From the IMG/VR virus record IMGVR_UViG_3300021142_000004: a stretch of DNA of 64,000 nt, one strand, 5' to 3'. The stretch is from a virus. A program made the translations under genes and the position numbers. The notes beneath the pieces were generated by a model. The model made no database searches and was not told the DNA's origin. It worked only from the letters and a program-made list of their open reading frames with translations. Each line of letters begins with the position of its first letter. Position 1 is the stretch's first letter. Below, piece by piece: positions 28,347 through 39,392 of the stretch.

Positions 28347-28631
28347 TTACTGATTAGAATCCCCGTCAGTATCATTATTACGTAAATTACCGTCTTTATT
28401 TTCATTTTCTTTAAGTTTTAATAGACAATTATATAAACAATATGATTCTTGAATAGAATATAAACCTTTTTTTTGTCCATATTCTATTGCCAATTCTAAA
28501 ATCTTTATTGATGATTGTTTATCCATATTAATTGTGAATAAAACCAAATCATCTTCTGATTCAAATTCAAATAAACCATCAAACATTGTTTTCATGAAAT
28601 CAAATATAGTAAAAATTATTGAGATTTCCAA
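28347..28631 (-). CDS. hypothetical protein
   Basis: G.YS..E motif. Real start is probably MKTMF. Confidence 0.5.
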   Translation of the reverse strand: MEISIIFTIFDFMKTMFDGLFEFESEDDLVLFTINMDKQSSIKILELAIEYGQKKGLYSIQESYCLYNCLLKLKENENKDGNLRNNDTDGDSNQ

Positions 28632-28643
28632 ATATTTATTGAT

Positions 28644-29000
28644 ATGAGTATAAGAATAAACAATATTACATTTCCTGCTGAATATCTTTCTGAACCTGAA
28701 GACCTACAAAGAGGAATGATGGGTAGAGATAACCTTGATGGTTGTATGGTATTTAAAATGGGAAAGGGATTCCACAGTTTTCATATGTTGAACTGTAAAA
28801 TTAAATTGGATATTGTATTTGTTAATAATAGTAGAATCAGTCGTATTCATTCAAACTGCCAACCATGTGATGGTGAATGTTCTCAGAAATTTACTGGTAT
28901 TGGTGACCATGTTATCGAGTTCCCTGCTGGTACTGCTAGTAAATTTAAAAATGGAGATCGTGTTATGTATTTAGGATCTCCACTTAATCCTATAGCGTAA
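28644..29000 (+). CDS. DUF192-domain protein
   Basis: RGMMGR, FHM.N..I.LDIVF and VIE.PAG motifs. Confidence 0.8.
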   Translation: MSIRINNITFPAEYLSEPEDLQRGMMGRDNLDGCMVFKMGKGFHSFHMLNCKIKLDIVFVNNSRISRIHSNCQPCDGECSQKFTGIGDHVIEFPAGTASKFKNGDRVMYLGSPLNPIA

Positions 29001-29724
29001 TTTCATCCCCACTTAAATCAATAAATTCCTCAGATGTGGTATCAATCATTGGTGCTTCAAGTGTATGTGAAATTGGTATTGTAATTTTATATTGTACCTT
29101 TGGTTTTGTTTTTTGGAAAACCCAGAAATAAGAATGATATTTTCTTGCATGTTCTTGTTTTGTCCATTTTGAACCAAAACTATTTATTCTCATCTTTGCA
29201 AGTAGGATGAATAAATCTTTTGGATAGAATCCCAATTCCATTGCCATATTCATAACCATAACATGACTAAAATGGTTTTTTCCACCGGATACAGTATCTT
29301 GACATTTGAATACAATATATCCATCGTCTTCACATACCCTATAAAGTTCTTTTAAGGTGTTGTAGTAGTTGTTTTTAAGATGGTTAAAGGTTTCATACCC
29401 TTCAAATCTTTTTGCAATGATTGAACTACCTTCTTTATTATCTCTGTATGTTTTCCCAACAACAACGAATGGTGGATCGTACATGATACTTTTCATTGAA
29501 TTATCATCGAAGGGTAAACTCTCTGAGCTTGCTCTCACTACTGATTCATTTACCGGATAAATATCCGATTTGAATTTTGGTTGGGGTAGGTCTTTCCAGA
29601 ATGCACCCTTTGAATACGTACAATCCAAATCAAATTGTTCAATACCATATAACTTCATGATATTTGTTATCGCTTCGAAGTTGGTATTGTAAACACTTTT
29701 AACCGGTTTAAAATCTTTTTCCAT
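28990..29724 (-). CDS. DNA methyltransferase (DPPF type)
   Basis: DCTYSKG.FW, YDPPF, KCQD and HARK.HSYF motifs. Confidence 0.8.
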   Translation of the reverse strand: MEKDFKPVKSVYNTNFEAITNIMKLYGIEQFDLDCTYSKGAFWKDLPQPKFKSDIYPVNESVVRASSESLPFDDNSMKSIMYDPPFVVVGKTYRDNKEGSSIIAKRFEGYETFNHLKNNYYNTLKELYRVCEDDGYIVFKCQDTVSGGKNHFSHVMVMNMAMELGFYPKDLFILLAKMRINSFGSKWTKQEHARKYHSYFWVFQKTKPKVQYKITIPISHTLEAPMIDTTSEEFIDLSGDEITL

Positions 29725-29817
29725 TTTTGTTTACTTTTTATTTTATTTTAATTATGTTTGTCAAATATAAGAAATATAATTGGGTTTACCAAATATTTAT
29801 TAAAAAATTATAATATC

Positions 29818-29979
29818 ATGGCGTGTAATTGCAAGAAAAGAAATCAACCGAAACCACAACCGGTTCCAGTACAAATTAAATTAACTGAAACAAAGCCAGA
29901 TGCTGGTGTGGTATTAACACCTGATCAACAAATACAGGTGGAAGTGATTGTTGATAGAATCAATCAATTAAGAAGGTAA
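29818..29979 (+). CDS. small protein starting MACNCKK
   Basis: ATG 29818 lies downstream of TATTTAT at 29794-29800. Confidence 0.6.
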   Translation: MACNCKKRNQPKPQPVPVQIKLTETKPDAGVVLTPDQQIQVEVIVDRINQLRR

Positions 29980-30042
29980 TTAAAAAAAATATCAAGTTTA
30001 AGACTTGATATTTTTTTAAACATTAATTATATATATTTATAT

Positions 30043-30240
30043 ATGAAAATAGAAAAAAAGTTAACAAGCGTGAATGTCTTGGATGATGTTTATAAAAAAT
30101 TTAAAATTGCGTCAATACAGAATTCTATTAATTTTCAGAAGGTTGTAAATAGATGTTTAGATTTATATAATAAGGATGATGAATTTAGAAAAAAGGTAAA
30201 TGACCATAATTCTTTATCTAATCAGAGTTCAAAATATTAG
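30043..30240 (+). CDS. small ribbon-helix-helix-like protein
   Basis: KLTSVNV..DVYKKFK...FQKVVNR strand-helix-helix pattern. Confidence 0.5.
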   Translation: MKIEKKLTSVNVLDDVYKKFKIASIQNSINFQKVVNRCLDLYNKDDEFRKKVNDHNSLSNQSSKY

Positions 30241-30283
30241 TGAAATATTTTGAATTATAAGAAATAATAATTATATTTGATTT

Positions 30284-31690
30284 ATGATAACAATAGGATA
30301 TAGTACTAGAAAAAGTAATCCTGAATATAAAGAGTACCTTCAAAAAACATGTATGTTTAAAGAGGTTGAGATAATTGAAAAAGTAAATGATGGTGAAAAA
30401 TCATTATCTCAAGTTTATAATGAAATTATAAAAGAATCGACTAATGATATTGTTGTATGTTTACATGATGATTTAGAATTTGATACAAAAAATTGGGGTG
30501 AAAAACTTTTAAAAAATTTTGAAAAGACTGATTTTGGAATAATTGGGTTAGCTGGTAGTACTTCAATTCCTGAAAGTGGAAAATGGTGGGAAGTACCATT
30601 AACAATGAGGGGTATTGTTAATCATAAAAAAGACGATAAGAAATGGGAATCAAAATATTCAATTAATGATGGTAAAATATCTAATGTTTTACTTATTGAT
30701 GGTTTATTTATTGCATTCGATAAAACAAAAATAATGAAAGAATTTGATGAGTCTGTTCAAGGATTTCATTTTTATGACTTAACGTTTTCTTTTTCAAATT
30801 TTTTAGAAGGTGTTAAGATTGGGGTTACTTATGATGTTAGAGTTACCCATTTATCTATGGGTGAAACTAATGAAAAATGGGAAGAAAATAGGGTTAAATT
30901 TATTGAACAATTTAAGAATGATATTCCAAAAAAAATAAATGAATCAATTGATATTACAACTTTTATTATTTGTCATGATCAATCAATCATTAAGAATAAT
31001 ATACTATCCAAAAAATTTAATTCTTTGGGTGATGTTAAATTTTTATATGTTGGTAAAAATGAATTTGATGATATTAATTTATACCCAAATGTTATTATTG
31101 TTAGAGATTTAAAATATAATATAGAACAATATCCAAGATTTACTGCATTTACTGCATGGTATGCAATTTGGAAGAATAATTTATGTACTACAAAATATCT
31201 TAACTTGTTAGAATATGATGTTAATTTAAATGAGGATTTTAATTTTTATTTATCAAATGTGATTAAAATGAAACCTAAAATTGTTAGTTACTTTCCGTTA
31301 ACAATGAGAAATTATCATTATATTAATAACCCAGATTGGGTAACATCCATTTCAAAAGGAATTAAACTTGCATATAAAACTGATATTAGAAATTTTGTTA
31401 CTGGAATTATAATTGATTCAATGAATAAAAATGTTGAACTCATATGGCCAACAACAAACAATGTGTGTTTTGAATATACGACATTTGAAAAATATATGAA
31501 ATGGATACAACCATTAATAAGTTATATGAAAGATGACCCATATTCAGGTCATAATCAAGAAAGAGCCCTTTCTTTCTTTTCTTTAATGAATAAAGTACCT
31601 GTTGCATATTTCCAAGGTTATATTGAACATGTTCAAGCAGATTCACATAAGACACAAGGACATGAAGTGACAAATACAATACAATTATGA
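30284..31690 (+). CDS. GT-A glycosyltransferase (GT2-like) with a second domain
   Basis: YNE, HDD, IDGLF and FHFYD motifs. TTTG...TATATTTG promoter upstream. Confidence 0.8.
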   Translation: MITIGYSTRKSNPEYKEYLQKTCMFKEVEIIEKVNDGEKSLSQVYNEIIKESTNDIVVCLHDDLEFDTKNWGEKLLKNFEKTDFGIIGLAGSTSIPESGKWWEVPLTMRGIVNHKKDDKKWESKYSINDGKISNVLLIDGLFIAFDKTKIMKEFDESVQGFHFYDLTFSFSNFLEGVKIGVTYDVRVTHLSMGETNEKWEENRVKFIEQFKNDIPKKINESIDITTFIICHDQSIIKNNILSKKFNSLGDVKFLYVGKNEFDDINLYPNVIIVRDLKYNIEQYPRFTAFTAWYAIWKNNLCTTKYLNLLEYDVNLNEDFNFYLSNVIKMKPKIVSYFPLTMRNYHYINNPDWVTSISKGIKLAYKTDIRNFVTGIIIDSMNKNVELIWPTTNNVCFEYTTFEKYMKWIQPLISYMKDDPYSGHNQERALSFFSLMNKVPVAYFQGYIEHVQADSHKTQGHEVTNTIQL

Positions 31691-32346
31691 GATATTTAAG
31701 TTTTAGTTTATGGGGTGATAAACCCATTTATAATATTGGTGCAATTAAAAATGCAGAACTATGGAAAACAATATATCCAGAATGGAAAATGGTTGTTTAT
31801 TATGATTCAACAGTACCAAAAGAAACAATTGATGAATTAGAAAAGTTAGATGTTTTAACTTTTGATGTTACAGAAAAAAATATCTATGGTATGTTTTGGA
31901 GATTTTTTGCAACTAATTTACCTGATGCAACTTATTGTGTTTTTAGAGATACTGATTCTAGGATTAGTGTTAGAGAAAAAGTTGCGGTAGATGAATGGAT
32001 TGAAAGTGGAAAGTCATTACATGTTATGAGAGATCATCCGGCACATGGTATACCATATGGTAATAATAAATTAGGAATATTAGGTGGTATGTGGGGTATT
32101 AAATGTGATGTAATACCAATATCTGATATGGTATTAAACTTTGCAAAAAATAAAGATTTAGGTTATGGTTCTGATCAAACTTTTTTAAAAAGTGTATATT
32201 CTATTTTTGAAAATGATAGGACAACACATGATGAATTTTTTGAAAGGAAACCATTTGCAATACCAAGAATTTCAGGTAGATTTATTGGAGAAAGAATTGA
32301 TGAAAATGATAAACCAGTCGGTGAAGATTGGAGACAGGTAATATAA
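31687..32346 (+). CDS. putative GT-A glycosyltransferase-like protein
   Basis: SFSLWG, MFWRF, RDTDSR, MRDHP, GGMWG and DQ.FL motifs. Confidence 0.6.
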   Translation: MRYLSFSLWGDKPIYNIGAIKNAELWKTIYPEWKMVVYYDSTVPKETIDELEKLDVLTFDVTEKNIYGMFWRFFATNLPDATYCVFRDTDSRISVREKVAVDEWIESGKSLHVMRDHPAHGIPYGNNKLGILGGMWGIKCDVIPISDMVLNFAKNKDLGYGSDQTFLKSVYSIFENDRTTHDEFFERKPFAIPRISGRFIGERIDENDKPVGEDWRQVI

Positions 32347-32348
32347 TT

Positions 32349-32987
32349 ATGAAGAAAATTTTATATGTAATTTTACATGGATCAATGAATCCCGATAGAT
32401 ACTATAACGTAAAAGAAACATGGGGTAAAGACCTTGATTGTATGTTTTATTCTGACCATGAAGATAAAGAAAAGAATATTATTAAAGTATCTGACAGAAC
32501 AGATTATCATTCAAATGAAGATAAGCACGTTAATGTTCTAAAATACCTTGGTGAAGATATAAAAAACTACGAATGGTTTTTTTTCTGTGATGATGATACG
32601 TTTGTTAATACAAAAAAATTAGAAGGGTTATTAGATACTTTTGACAAAAATAAAGTTCATGGACAAATGTTGAAAACGGATAACTATATGGGTAATCCGT
32701 TACCTCCACCAATTCTTGAATATTGTTCTGGTGGTGCTGGGTATTTAATCCATAATGAGATATTAAAAATCATTTCAAAAGAAATAAAATTTTTAAATAC
32801 GGGATATAGTGATGTTACATTAGGGTTATTATTAAGAGATTTAAATATTTTAGTTTCTGATTCAGATTATTTTAGAAGTCAACCCCCATCATTATATGGA
32901 TATAATGATGAAACAATAAAAAACCACGCAACATTTCATTACATTAAAACAAAAAATGAAATGTTAGAAATTTTAAATAACATTTAA
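32349..32987 (+). CDS. Fringe/GT31-like glycosyltransferase
   Basis: WFFFCDDDTFV, SGGAG, DV.LG and TFHY motifs. Confidence 0.8.
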   Translation: MKKILYVILHGSMNPDRYYNVKETWGKDLDCMFYSDHEDKEKNIIKVSDRTDYHSNEDKHVNVLKYLGEDIKNYEWFFFCDDDTFVNTKKLEGLLDTFDKNKVHGQMLKTDNYMGNPLPPPILEYCSGGAGYLIHNEILKIISKEIKFLNTGYSDVTLGLLLRDLNILVSDSDYFRSQPPSLYGYNDETIKNHATFHYIKTKNEMLEILNNI

Positions 32988-33676
32988 TGAAATATATATA
33001 CCACCATTTAGGTTTAGGTGACCACATTATATGTAACGGATTAATAAGATCTTTAATAAATGAATCTGAAGAATATAAAATGTTTGTTAAATCACATAAT
33101 TTAGATACAGTTAAATTTATGTATAAAGACTTAACAAACTTATCATTTATTGTTGGTGATGATCAATTTGTTATTAAATATGTAAATGATAATAAAATAA
33201 ACACGAATAACATTATTATTGCGGGTTTCAAATATATAGAAAATACAAAAGAATTTGACGAAGGATTTTATATTCAAAATAATGTACCTTTCATGAATAG
33301 GTGGACAAATTTTAAATGTGAAAGGGACATTGAATCAGAAAAAAAACTGTTTAATTTGTATAACATAAAAGAAAATGAATATGTGTTTATTCATGATGAT
33401 GAGAGTAGAGGATTTTCAATTGATGAATCTTATATTGTAAATAAAAATCTTCCGGTAATAAGACCAAAAGTTGGATTAACAACAAACAGTTTTGATTATT
33501 GTTATTTGATGCAAAATAGTATTGAATCTCATTTTATTGATAGTTCATTTAGATTAATTTTTGACTCACTACAATTAAGGAATGATAATTTATTTTATCA
33601 TATAAATTTAAAAAACAACAAAATAAAAGACCCGTATAATAAATCACAATCAATTTTAAACTTTAAAATAATATGA
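32987..33676 (+). CDS. GT-B-like glycosyltransferase
   Basis: HHLGLGDHI.CNG, FIHDD and H.IDSSF motifs. Confidence 0.6.
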   Translation: MKYIYHHLGLGDHIICNGLIRSLINESEEYKMFVKSHNLDTVKFMYKDLTNLSFIVGDDQFVIKYVNDNKINTNNIIIAGFKYIENTKEFDEGFYIQNNVPFMNRWTNFKCERDIESEKKLFNLYNIKENEYVFIHDDESRGFSIDESYIVNKNLPVIRPKVGLTTNSFDYCYLMQNSIESHFIDSSFRLIFDSLQLRNDNLFYHINLKNNKIKDPYNKSQSILNFKII

Positions 33677-34263
33677 TACAAGGACAAATGTTACCTAATT
33701 CAGAAAGAGGTAATTCATTAAAAGAAATAATAGAAAAATATGGATGTAAAAATATTGTAGAAATTGGAACTTGGAAAGGACTTGGTTCTACAATATGTAT
33801 TATTAATTCATTATTAGAAGATTCTAATTTTATTAGTATAGAATCAAATAAAGATTTTTATAATATTGCAGTAAATAATTTAAAAGAACATTCATCAAAA
33901 GTCAGTCTTTTGTATGGTAAAATAGTAGAGGAGTCTGATATTAATGATTTTGTTTCTACATTAAATTTAGACCCAACTAAAAAGGGTTGGTTAAATGAGG
34001 ATTTAATAAACATATCAAGATGTGAGAATATTTTACATAAACTACCAGATAATATTGATTTTTTACTACTGGATGGTGGGGAATTTTCAACATATTCAGA
34101 ATGGAACATATTAAAAAAACGAACTAAAATTGTTGCATTAGATGATATTAGAGAAATAAAAACAAATAAAATATATAATGAATTAAAAATGGATGATGAA
34201 TATATTTTATTAACAGAAACTTCGGAAGGTAATGGGTTTGCAATTTTTAAAAAAATAAAATGA
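33673..34263 (+). CDS. class I SAM-dependent methyltransferase
   Basis: VEIGTWKG.GST, LDGGEF and LDD motifs. Confidence 0.8.
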   Translation: MIQGQMLPNSERGNSLKEIIEKYGCKNIVEIGTWKGLGSTICIINSLLEDSNFISIESNKDFYNIAVNNLKEHSSKVSLLYGKIVEESDINDFVSTLNLDPTKKGWLNEDLINISRCENILHKLPDNIDFLLLDGGEFSTYSEWNILKKRTKIVALDDIREIKTNKIYNELKMDDEYILLTETSEGNGFAIFKKIK

Positions 34264-35033
34264 ACTATATTGAATTAAATAAATTTTCAGAATTACATGA
34301 TGGGAAAAATATATTTTTTTGTAAAATAGATTATATTCTTAATGATTTTAAAACAATATCAGAAATAAAAAATGATGTGGTTTTAATAACCGGAAATTCA
34401 GATTATGCAATAGATGGGAATCTTTTAAAAATGATGCCATCGAATATTAAAAAATGGTATGGTCAAAATGTATTAGCAAATGATCCAAGGATAGTACCAA
34501 TTCCTATGGGAATAGAAAATAAATTAGAATCATATAGGAAAGGTCATGGTATTGGATATTTTGATAGGGTTGATGAGAAAGAAAAATTACTAAACAGGTT
34601 AAATAATGTTACCCCAACCAAAAAAATATATGCCAATTTTAATCTTAACACAAATTATCAATATCGTTCAATAATAAAAAACATTTGTGTTAATGCGGAA
34701 CATATTACATGGGAAGAATCTAATTTAAGTCTTTCAAATTTTTTTGATAGGATATTAGATTATGAATGTATTGTTTGCCCTATTGGTAATGGTATTGATA
34801 CACATAGATTATGGGAAACATTATATTCCAAAAGAATACCAATAACAATCAAAGCAGGTGATTATGGAATTTATAAATTATATGAAAAATTTCCAATAAT
34901 AGTACTTAATAATGTCAATGATTTAATGGATTATGAATTGATATTAGAAAAAATTTTGAAAATTAAAAATACAAAATATGATGAAAATTTATTATCTTAT
35001 GATTATTGGTTAGACATTATAAAAACAACTTAA
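34260..35033 (+). CDS. exostosin/GT47-like glycosyltransferase
   Basis: CP.GNG.DTHR.WE.LY..IP motif. Confidence 0.72.
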   Translation: MNYIELNKFSELHDGKNIFFCKIDYILNDFKTISEIKNDVVLITGNSDYAIDGNLLKMMPSNIKKWYGQNVLANDPRIVPIPMGIENKLESYRKGHGIGYFDRVDEKEKLLNRLNNVTPTKKIYANFNLNTNYQYRSIIKNICVNAEHITWEESNLSLSNFFDRILDYECIVCPIGNGIDTHRLWETLYSKRIPITIKAGDYGIYKLYEKFPIIVLNNVNDLMDYELILEKILKIKNTKYDENLLSYDYWLDIIKTT

Positions 35034-35034
35034 T

Positions 35035-35925
35035 ATGAGAAAAATAATTAATAATAACTTAGATCTGTACAAACCAGATAAAAAAAATTGGTTAGGTTCA
35101 TTAGAATATGCAAAAAAAATGACTAATCAAACAAACGAAAAATTGATATTTCATTGTTTTTGGAGAGTTCCTAAAGATTTTGGAAGGAAACAATTAGCAG
35201 TGTTAAAATCAATTTTAGTTAATCATATTGATAACCAAGATAATTTAGAAATAAATTTATGGTCAAATGTTGATTTAACCAATAACACATATTTTAAAGA
35301 AATTTCAGATTTTGTTAATTTAAAATATTGGAATTTAAATGAAGAGATTAAAGGAACTATATTAGAAAACCATTTTAATAATGATGCAATTTTTGATGAT
35401 TTATGTTATTTGGAAGGAGATTTATTTAGATTATTAATTTTACACAAATATGGTGGATTTTATATTGATATGGATGTTTTGGTTTTAAGAAATATGTGTC
35501 CATTAAATCACTTAGAATTTTTATATCAATGGGGTACTTCTGGATTTTCAAATTTTGAACCGGAAATAACAATGAATGGCGCCATTATGAGATTTAATAA
35601 AAATTCACCATTATCTTTGGACTTTTTACAAAAATTAAAAATAACCCAACCATCAAAAAACACGACTTCATGGGGTAATCAATTATATTCAAAAATTAAT
35701 AGTGATGATTTAACAATATTACCAGGTATTTGGTTTAATCCAGAATGGGGGTTTGAAGGTACTGAAAATAATCCTTTTAAATTTAAAGAAAAAATTGAAT
35801 TGTTTGATGGTTCATATACGTGGCATTGGCATAATAGATGGAATGACGAAATAGAAAATGGTTCAAAATTTGAAATTTTAGAAACTGAAATAAATAAAAA
35901 GTTTAATTTTATAAAAAAAATATAA
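35035..35925 (+). CDS. GT32-like DXD glycosyltransferase
   Basis: DLFRL..L.KYGG.Y.DMD and HWHN motifs. Confidence 0.82.
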   Translation: MRKIINNNLDLYKPDKKNWLGSLEYAKKMTNQTNEKLIFHCFWRVPKDFGRKQLAVLKSILVNHIDNQDNLEINLWSNVDLTNNTYFKEISDFVNLKYWNLNEEIKGTILENHFNNDAIFDDLCYLEGDLFRLLILHKYGGFYIDMDVLVLRNMCPLNHLEFLYQWGTSGFSNFEPEITMNGAIMRFNKNSPLSLDFLQKLKITQPSKNTTSWGNQLYSKINSDDLTILPGIWFNPEWGFEGTENNPFKFKEKIELFDGSYTWHWHNRWNDEIENGSKFEILETEINKKFNFIKKI

Positions 35926-35926
35926 T

Positions 35927-36775
35927 ATGATAAAAAATATAACCGTTGGAGTTATTTCTAATTTAGATAACTCACCTGCATTATCTAGTTATTACTACGC
36001 ATGTTTAAATTTATTTAAAAACGTTAAAAATGTTAAAAGTGTTAACGATTTAGATAGTGTAGAAATATTATTGTGTGGTAATGATCATCATCATATAAAG
36101 ATTTGGAAAGATGATAATTTTATATCAGAATGTAACATCAGAAATATACCTTTTTTTGTACATACTGTGGAACATATTGATACACCTTTATATCCTTGGA
36201 ATTTAGATATACAAAAAAAATTAGAAAATTTTAATGTACTAAATCAAAGATGTTGGGATATTGGAGATTGTAAAAAACAAAAAAGAAATATTGCAAGAGT
36301 TTTATTGTCTAAAAACTATTATGATTTTAGAAAACCAAATGTTAAAAAAAACAAAATAGTTTTTATTGGTAAAATGTATAAAAATAGATCAGAACTGATA
36401 AATAAATTAAAAAATCATATTGATATTGATATAATTGAAAGGGGTTCATTACCTAATGATTCATATTTTGAATTTATTTCAAAATTGGCTGAATATAAAT
36501 ATGTTTTATCACCTAAATCTCAATTTGTTAATGGGATACCAGGTAGATTTTATGAAAGTCTATGGGTCGATTCTATTCCAATACAAGAAATTAATGATGA
36601 CACATTAGATCATTATAATATTGAAAGAGACATAAATGGTGTTATTTTTTTTAAAACAGTAGAAGAATTATTATTAAAATTAGAAAATAATAACAATGGT
36701 CAATCTTATGATTTTCCAAAAATGTTTTTAGAAAATGAATTAATTGATTTTTTTAAAGAATTTAATGTAATATAA
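35927..36775 (+). CDS. putative GT-B glycosyltransferase
   Basis: VFIG..Y..R, YKYVLSP and RFYES motifs. Confidence 0.6.
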   Translation: MIKNITVGVISNLDNSPALSSYYYACLNLFKNVKNVKSVNDLDSVEILLCGNDHHHIKIWKDDNFISECNIRNIPFFVHTVEHIDTPLYPWNLDIQKKLENFNVLNQRCWDIGDCKKQKRNIARVLLSKNYYDFRKPNVKKNKIVFIGKMYKNRSELINKLKNHIDIDIIERGSLPNDSYFEFISKLAEYKYVLSPKSQFVNGIPGRFYESLWVDSIPIQEINDDTLDHYNIERDINGVIFFKTVEELLLKLENNNNGQSYDFPKMFLENELIDFFKEFNVI

Positions 36776-36785
36776 AATAAAAAAT

Positions 36786-37439
36786 ATGATAGTAGTACAA
36801 ATTGGAACAAATATGGCTTCATGGGAAGTCTACGATAATGGATCTGCTGGTCCAGTTAAAAAAGATAATGGTAACATTCATTGTGATTCTTGTCTAAAAT
36901 TTGTTAAAGAAAATAAAGACGAAATTGAATTTATTCACCTAATCGAACCAGTTAAAGATTGTTTTCCTTATATTGAGAAATCTTATGATTTTTTTGAAAG
37001 AAAAACAATTTATAACATCGCAATAACAAATGATAAAGATCAAAAAGAGTTGAAAATTTATTTACCTAATAATGATAAAACATCAGGTCATGTGTCTTCA
37101 AATCCAAACCATCTATCTGTGCATGGTCATACCGACTTGGAAGTTAGAGATGTTAATTGTTTCACATTAAATGATTTTTTAACATTAAATTCGATTAATA
37201 GATGTGATAGATTATATATTGATACTGAAGGATTAGATTGTTTAATTTTATTAGATTATGATTACAATAAATTTAAAACAAATTACATCGAATTTGAAAT
37301 TATTCATTCTGATGGTCCTTATAATAAATCCACAAATGCGGAAAAATGTATTAATAGATTAATAAATGATGGTTTTACAATAACAAATAGTACAGAAGAT
37401 AATTTAAACTTAATTGCAAAAAGATATAAATATGAATAA
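36786..37439 (+). CDS. FkbM-family methyltransferase
   Basis: QIG, IEP, NIAI, IDTEG.D and IEFE motifs. Confidence 0.75.
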   Translation: MIVVQIGTNMASWEVYDNGSAGPVKKDNGNIHCDSCLKFVKENKDEIEFIHLIEPVKDCFPYIEKSYDFFERKTIYNIAITNDKDQKELKIYLPNNDKTSGHVSSNPNHLSVHGHTDLEVRDVNCFTLNDFLTLNSINRCDRLYIDTEGLDCLILLDYDYNKFKTNYIEFEIIHSDGPYNKSTNAEKCINRLINDGFTITNSTEDNLNLIAKRYKYE

Positions 37440-38364
37440 ATTTATAGTTACAACAACAATAAATAACCCAACAATTGCAACATTAAAATTTTGTGAAATT
37501 GCAGATAAAAAAAATTGGCAATTTGTTATTATTGGTGATACAAAAACGCCACATCAAGAATATCGTTTATTAGAGAAAAATTTTAAAAATGTAAAATATT
37601 TAGACCCACAACAACAAGGAGAGTTATATACTGAATTAAGTGAAATAATTGGTTGGAAAACAATACAACGAAGAAATATTGGGTTTTTATATGCATATGA
37701 TAATGGCGCAGATGTTATGGCTACAGTTGATGATGATAATATACCATACGAAAATTGGGGGATTAATTATATTGGTCAAACAATTGAAGTTGATATGTAT
37801 GAACCTGAGTTAGATATTTTTGATCCATTATCAATAACAAAAGATAATTACATTTGGCATCGTGGTTATCCTATTGAATATTTACATGGTAGACATCGTG
37901 TAATTTATAAGGGTAAAATTAACAGAAAAGTTTTAATACAAGCAGATTTGTGGGATGGAGATCCTGACATTGATGCTATGGCTAGATTGATACATAAACC
38001 AATTGTAAAATATAGTGATATTATAAATCCATATTGTTCAAATAAAATTTCTCCATTTAATTCTCAAAACACATTTTTATCAAGAGAAGTTATTCCATAT
38101 TATGCGGTGTTACCGTTTATAGGTAGAATGGATGATATTTGGGGTGCATATATTTTACAAGAAAGATTTCCAAATTCATTAATATTTTCACCAGCTAGTG
38201 TTTATCAAGAAAGAAATGTACAAGATTTAATTGTTAATTTAGAAAAAGAAATAATTGGTTATCGAGATACTTTACAATTAACGAAAAATTTATTAAATTT
38301 AGACAGGGTTTTACCAAAAGAAACGTTAGATTTCTATAATTTATATAAAAAAAGTTTTAAATGA
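37432..38364 (+). CDS. STELLO/DUF288-like (RGP-related) glycosyltransferase
   Basis: VTTTINNPT, IGD.KTP, RRNIG.L.A, DDDN, RGYP, DPDIDA, NSQNT and RMDDIW motifs. Confidence 0.8.
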   Translation: MNKFIVTTTINNPTIATLKFCEIADKKNWQFVIIGDTKTPHQEYRLLEKNFKNVKYLDPQQQGELYTELSEIIGWKTIQRRNIGFLYAYDNGADVMATVDDDNIPYENWGINYIGQTIEVDMYEPELDIFDPLSITKDNYIWHRGYPIEYLHGRHRVIYKGKINRKVLIQADLWDGDPDIDAMARLIHKPIVKYSDIINPYCSNKISPFNSQNTFLSREVIPYYAVLPFIGRMDDIWGAYILQERFPNSLIFSPASVYQERNVQDLIVNLEKEIIGYRDTLQLTKNLLNLDRVLPKETLDFYNLYKKSFK

Positions 38365-39392
38365 AAAAAATATTAATATTAGGTGGTGGTGGTTTTATTG
38401 GTGGTCATCTAGGTAAAAGATTAAAATCCGAAGGTAATTATGTTAGGATTGTTGACATAAAAAAACATGAATATTTTGAACAAAATGAAATATGTGATGA
38501 ATTTATTATTGGTGATTTAAGAAATGAAAATCTTGTTTCAGAAATTATGTGTCCTCCTTCACAATTAACAATAGACGATTCATTTGATGAAGTATACCAA
38601 TTAGCTGCAGATATGGGTGGTGCTGGATATATTTTTACTGGTGAAAATGATGCGAACGTAATGCACAACTCGGCAATGATTAACTTAAATGTTAGTTATT
38701 ATGCATCAAAATTTAAAGTTAAAAAACTTTTTTATAGTTCATCTGCATGTATGTATCCTGAACATAACCAATTAGACCCAAATAATCCAAATTGTGAAGA
38801 AAGTTCGGCATACCCAGCAAATCCAGATTCAGAATATGGATGGGAAAAATTATTTAGTGAAAGACTTTTTATGGCATTTAATCGTAATTATGGTTTAGAT
38901 GTTAGAATCGCTCGTTTTCATAATATATTTGGTCCACAAGGAACATGGAAGGGTGGGAAAGAAAAATCACCCGCAGCAATGTGTCGTAAATCGGGAGAAT
39001 TAAATGATGGTGATGAACTTGAAGTATGGGGAGATGGTCAACAAACGCGTTCTTTTTTATATGTTGATGAATGTATTGAAGCCATTTTAAGATTGATGAA
39101 TAGTGATTTTAAAGGTCCTGTAAATATTGGTTCAGAAGAAATGGTGACAATAAACCACCTTGCACAAATAGCAATAAATTCATCCAAAAAAGACATAAAA
39201 ATTAAAAATATTGATGGTGATGAATTTAAAAAAAAATATGGATTTAAATGTCCAACAGGTGTTAGGGGTAGAAATTCAGATAATAATCTTTATAGAGAAA
39301 AGATTGGGTGGGAACCAACTCAATCATTAAAACTAGGAATGGAAAAAACATATAATTGGATACAAGAACAAATTAAAAATAATATCATATAA
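38361..39392 (+). CDS. GDP-mannose 3',5'-epimerase-like NAD-dependent epimerase
   Basis: GGGGFIG, LAADMGG.G, YSSSAC.YP, YGWEK, RFHNIFGP, EKSPAAMCRK and GVRGRNSDN motifs. Confidence 0.9.
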   Translation: MKKILILGGGGFIGGHLGKRLKSEGNYVRIVDIKKHEYFEQNEICDEFIIGDLRNENLVSEIMCPPSQLTIDDSFDEVYQLAADMGGAGYIFTGENDANVMHNSAMINLNVSYYASKFKVKKLFYSSSACMYPEHNQLDPNNPNCEESSAYPANPDSEYGWEKLFSERLFMAFNRNYGLDVRIARFHNIFGPQGTWKGGKEKSPAAMCRKSGELNDGDELEVWGDGQQTRSFLYVDECIEAILRLMNSDFKGPVNIGSEEMVTINHLAQIAINSSKKDIKIKNIDGDEFKKKYGFKCPTGVRGRNSDNNLYREKIGWEPTQSLKLGMEKTYNWIQEQIKNNII

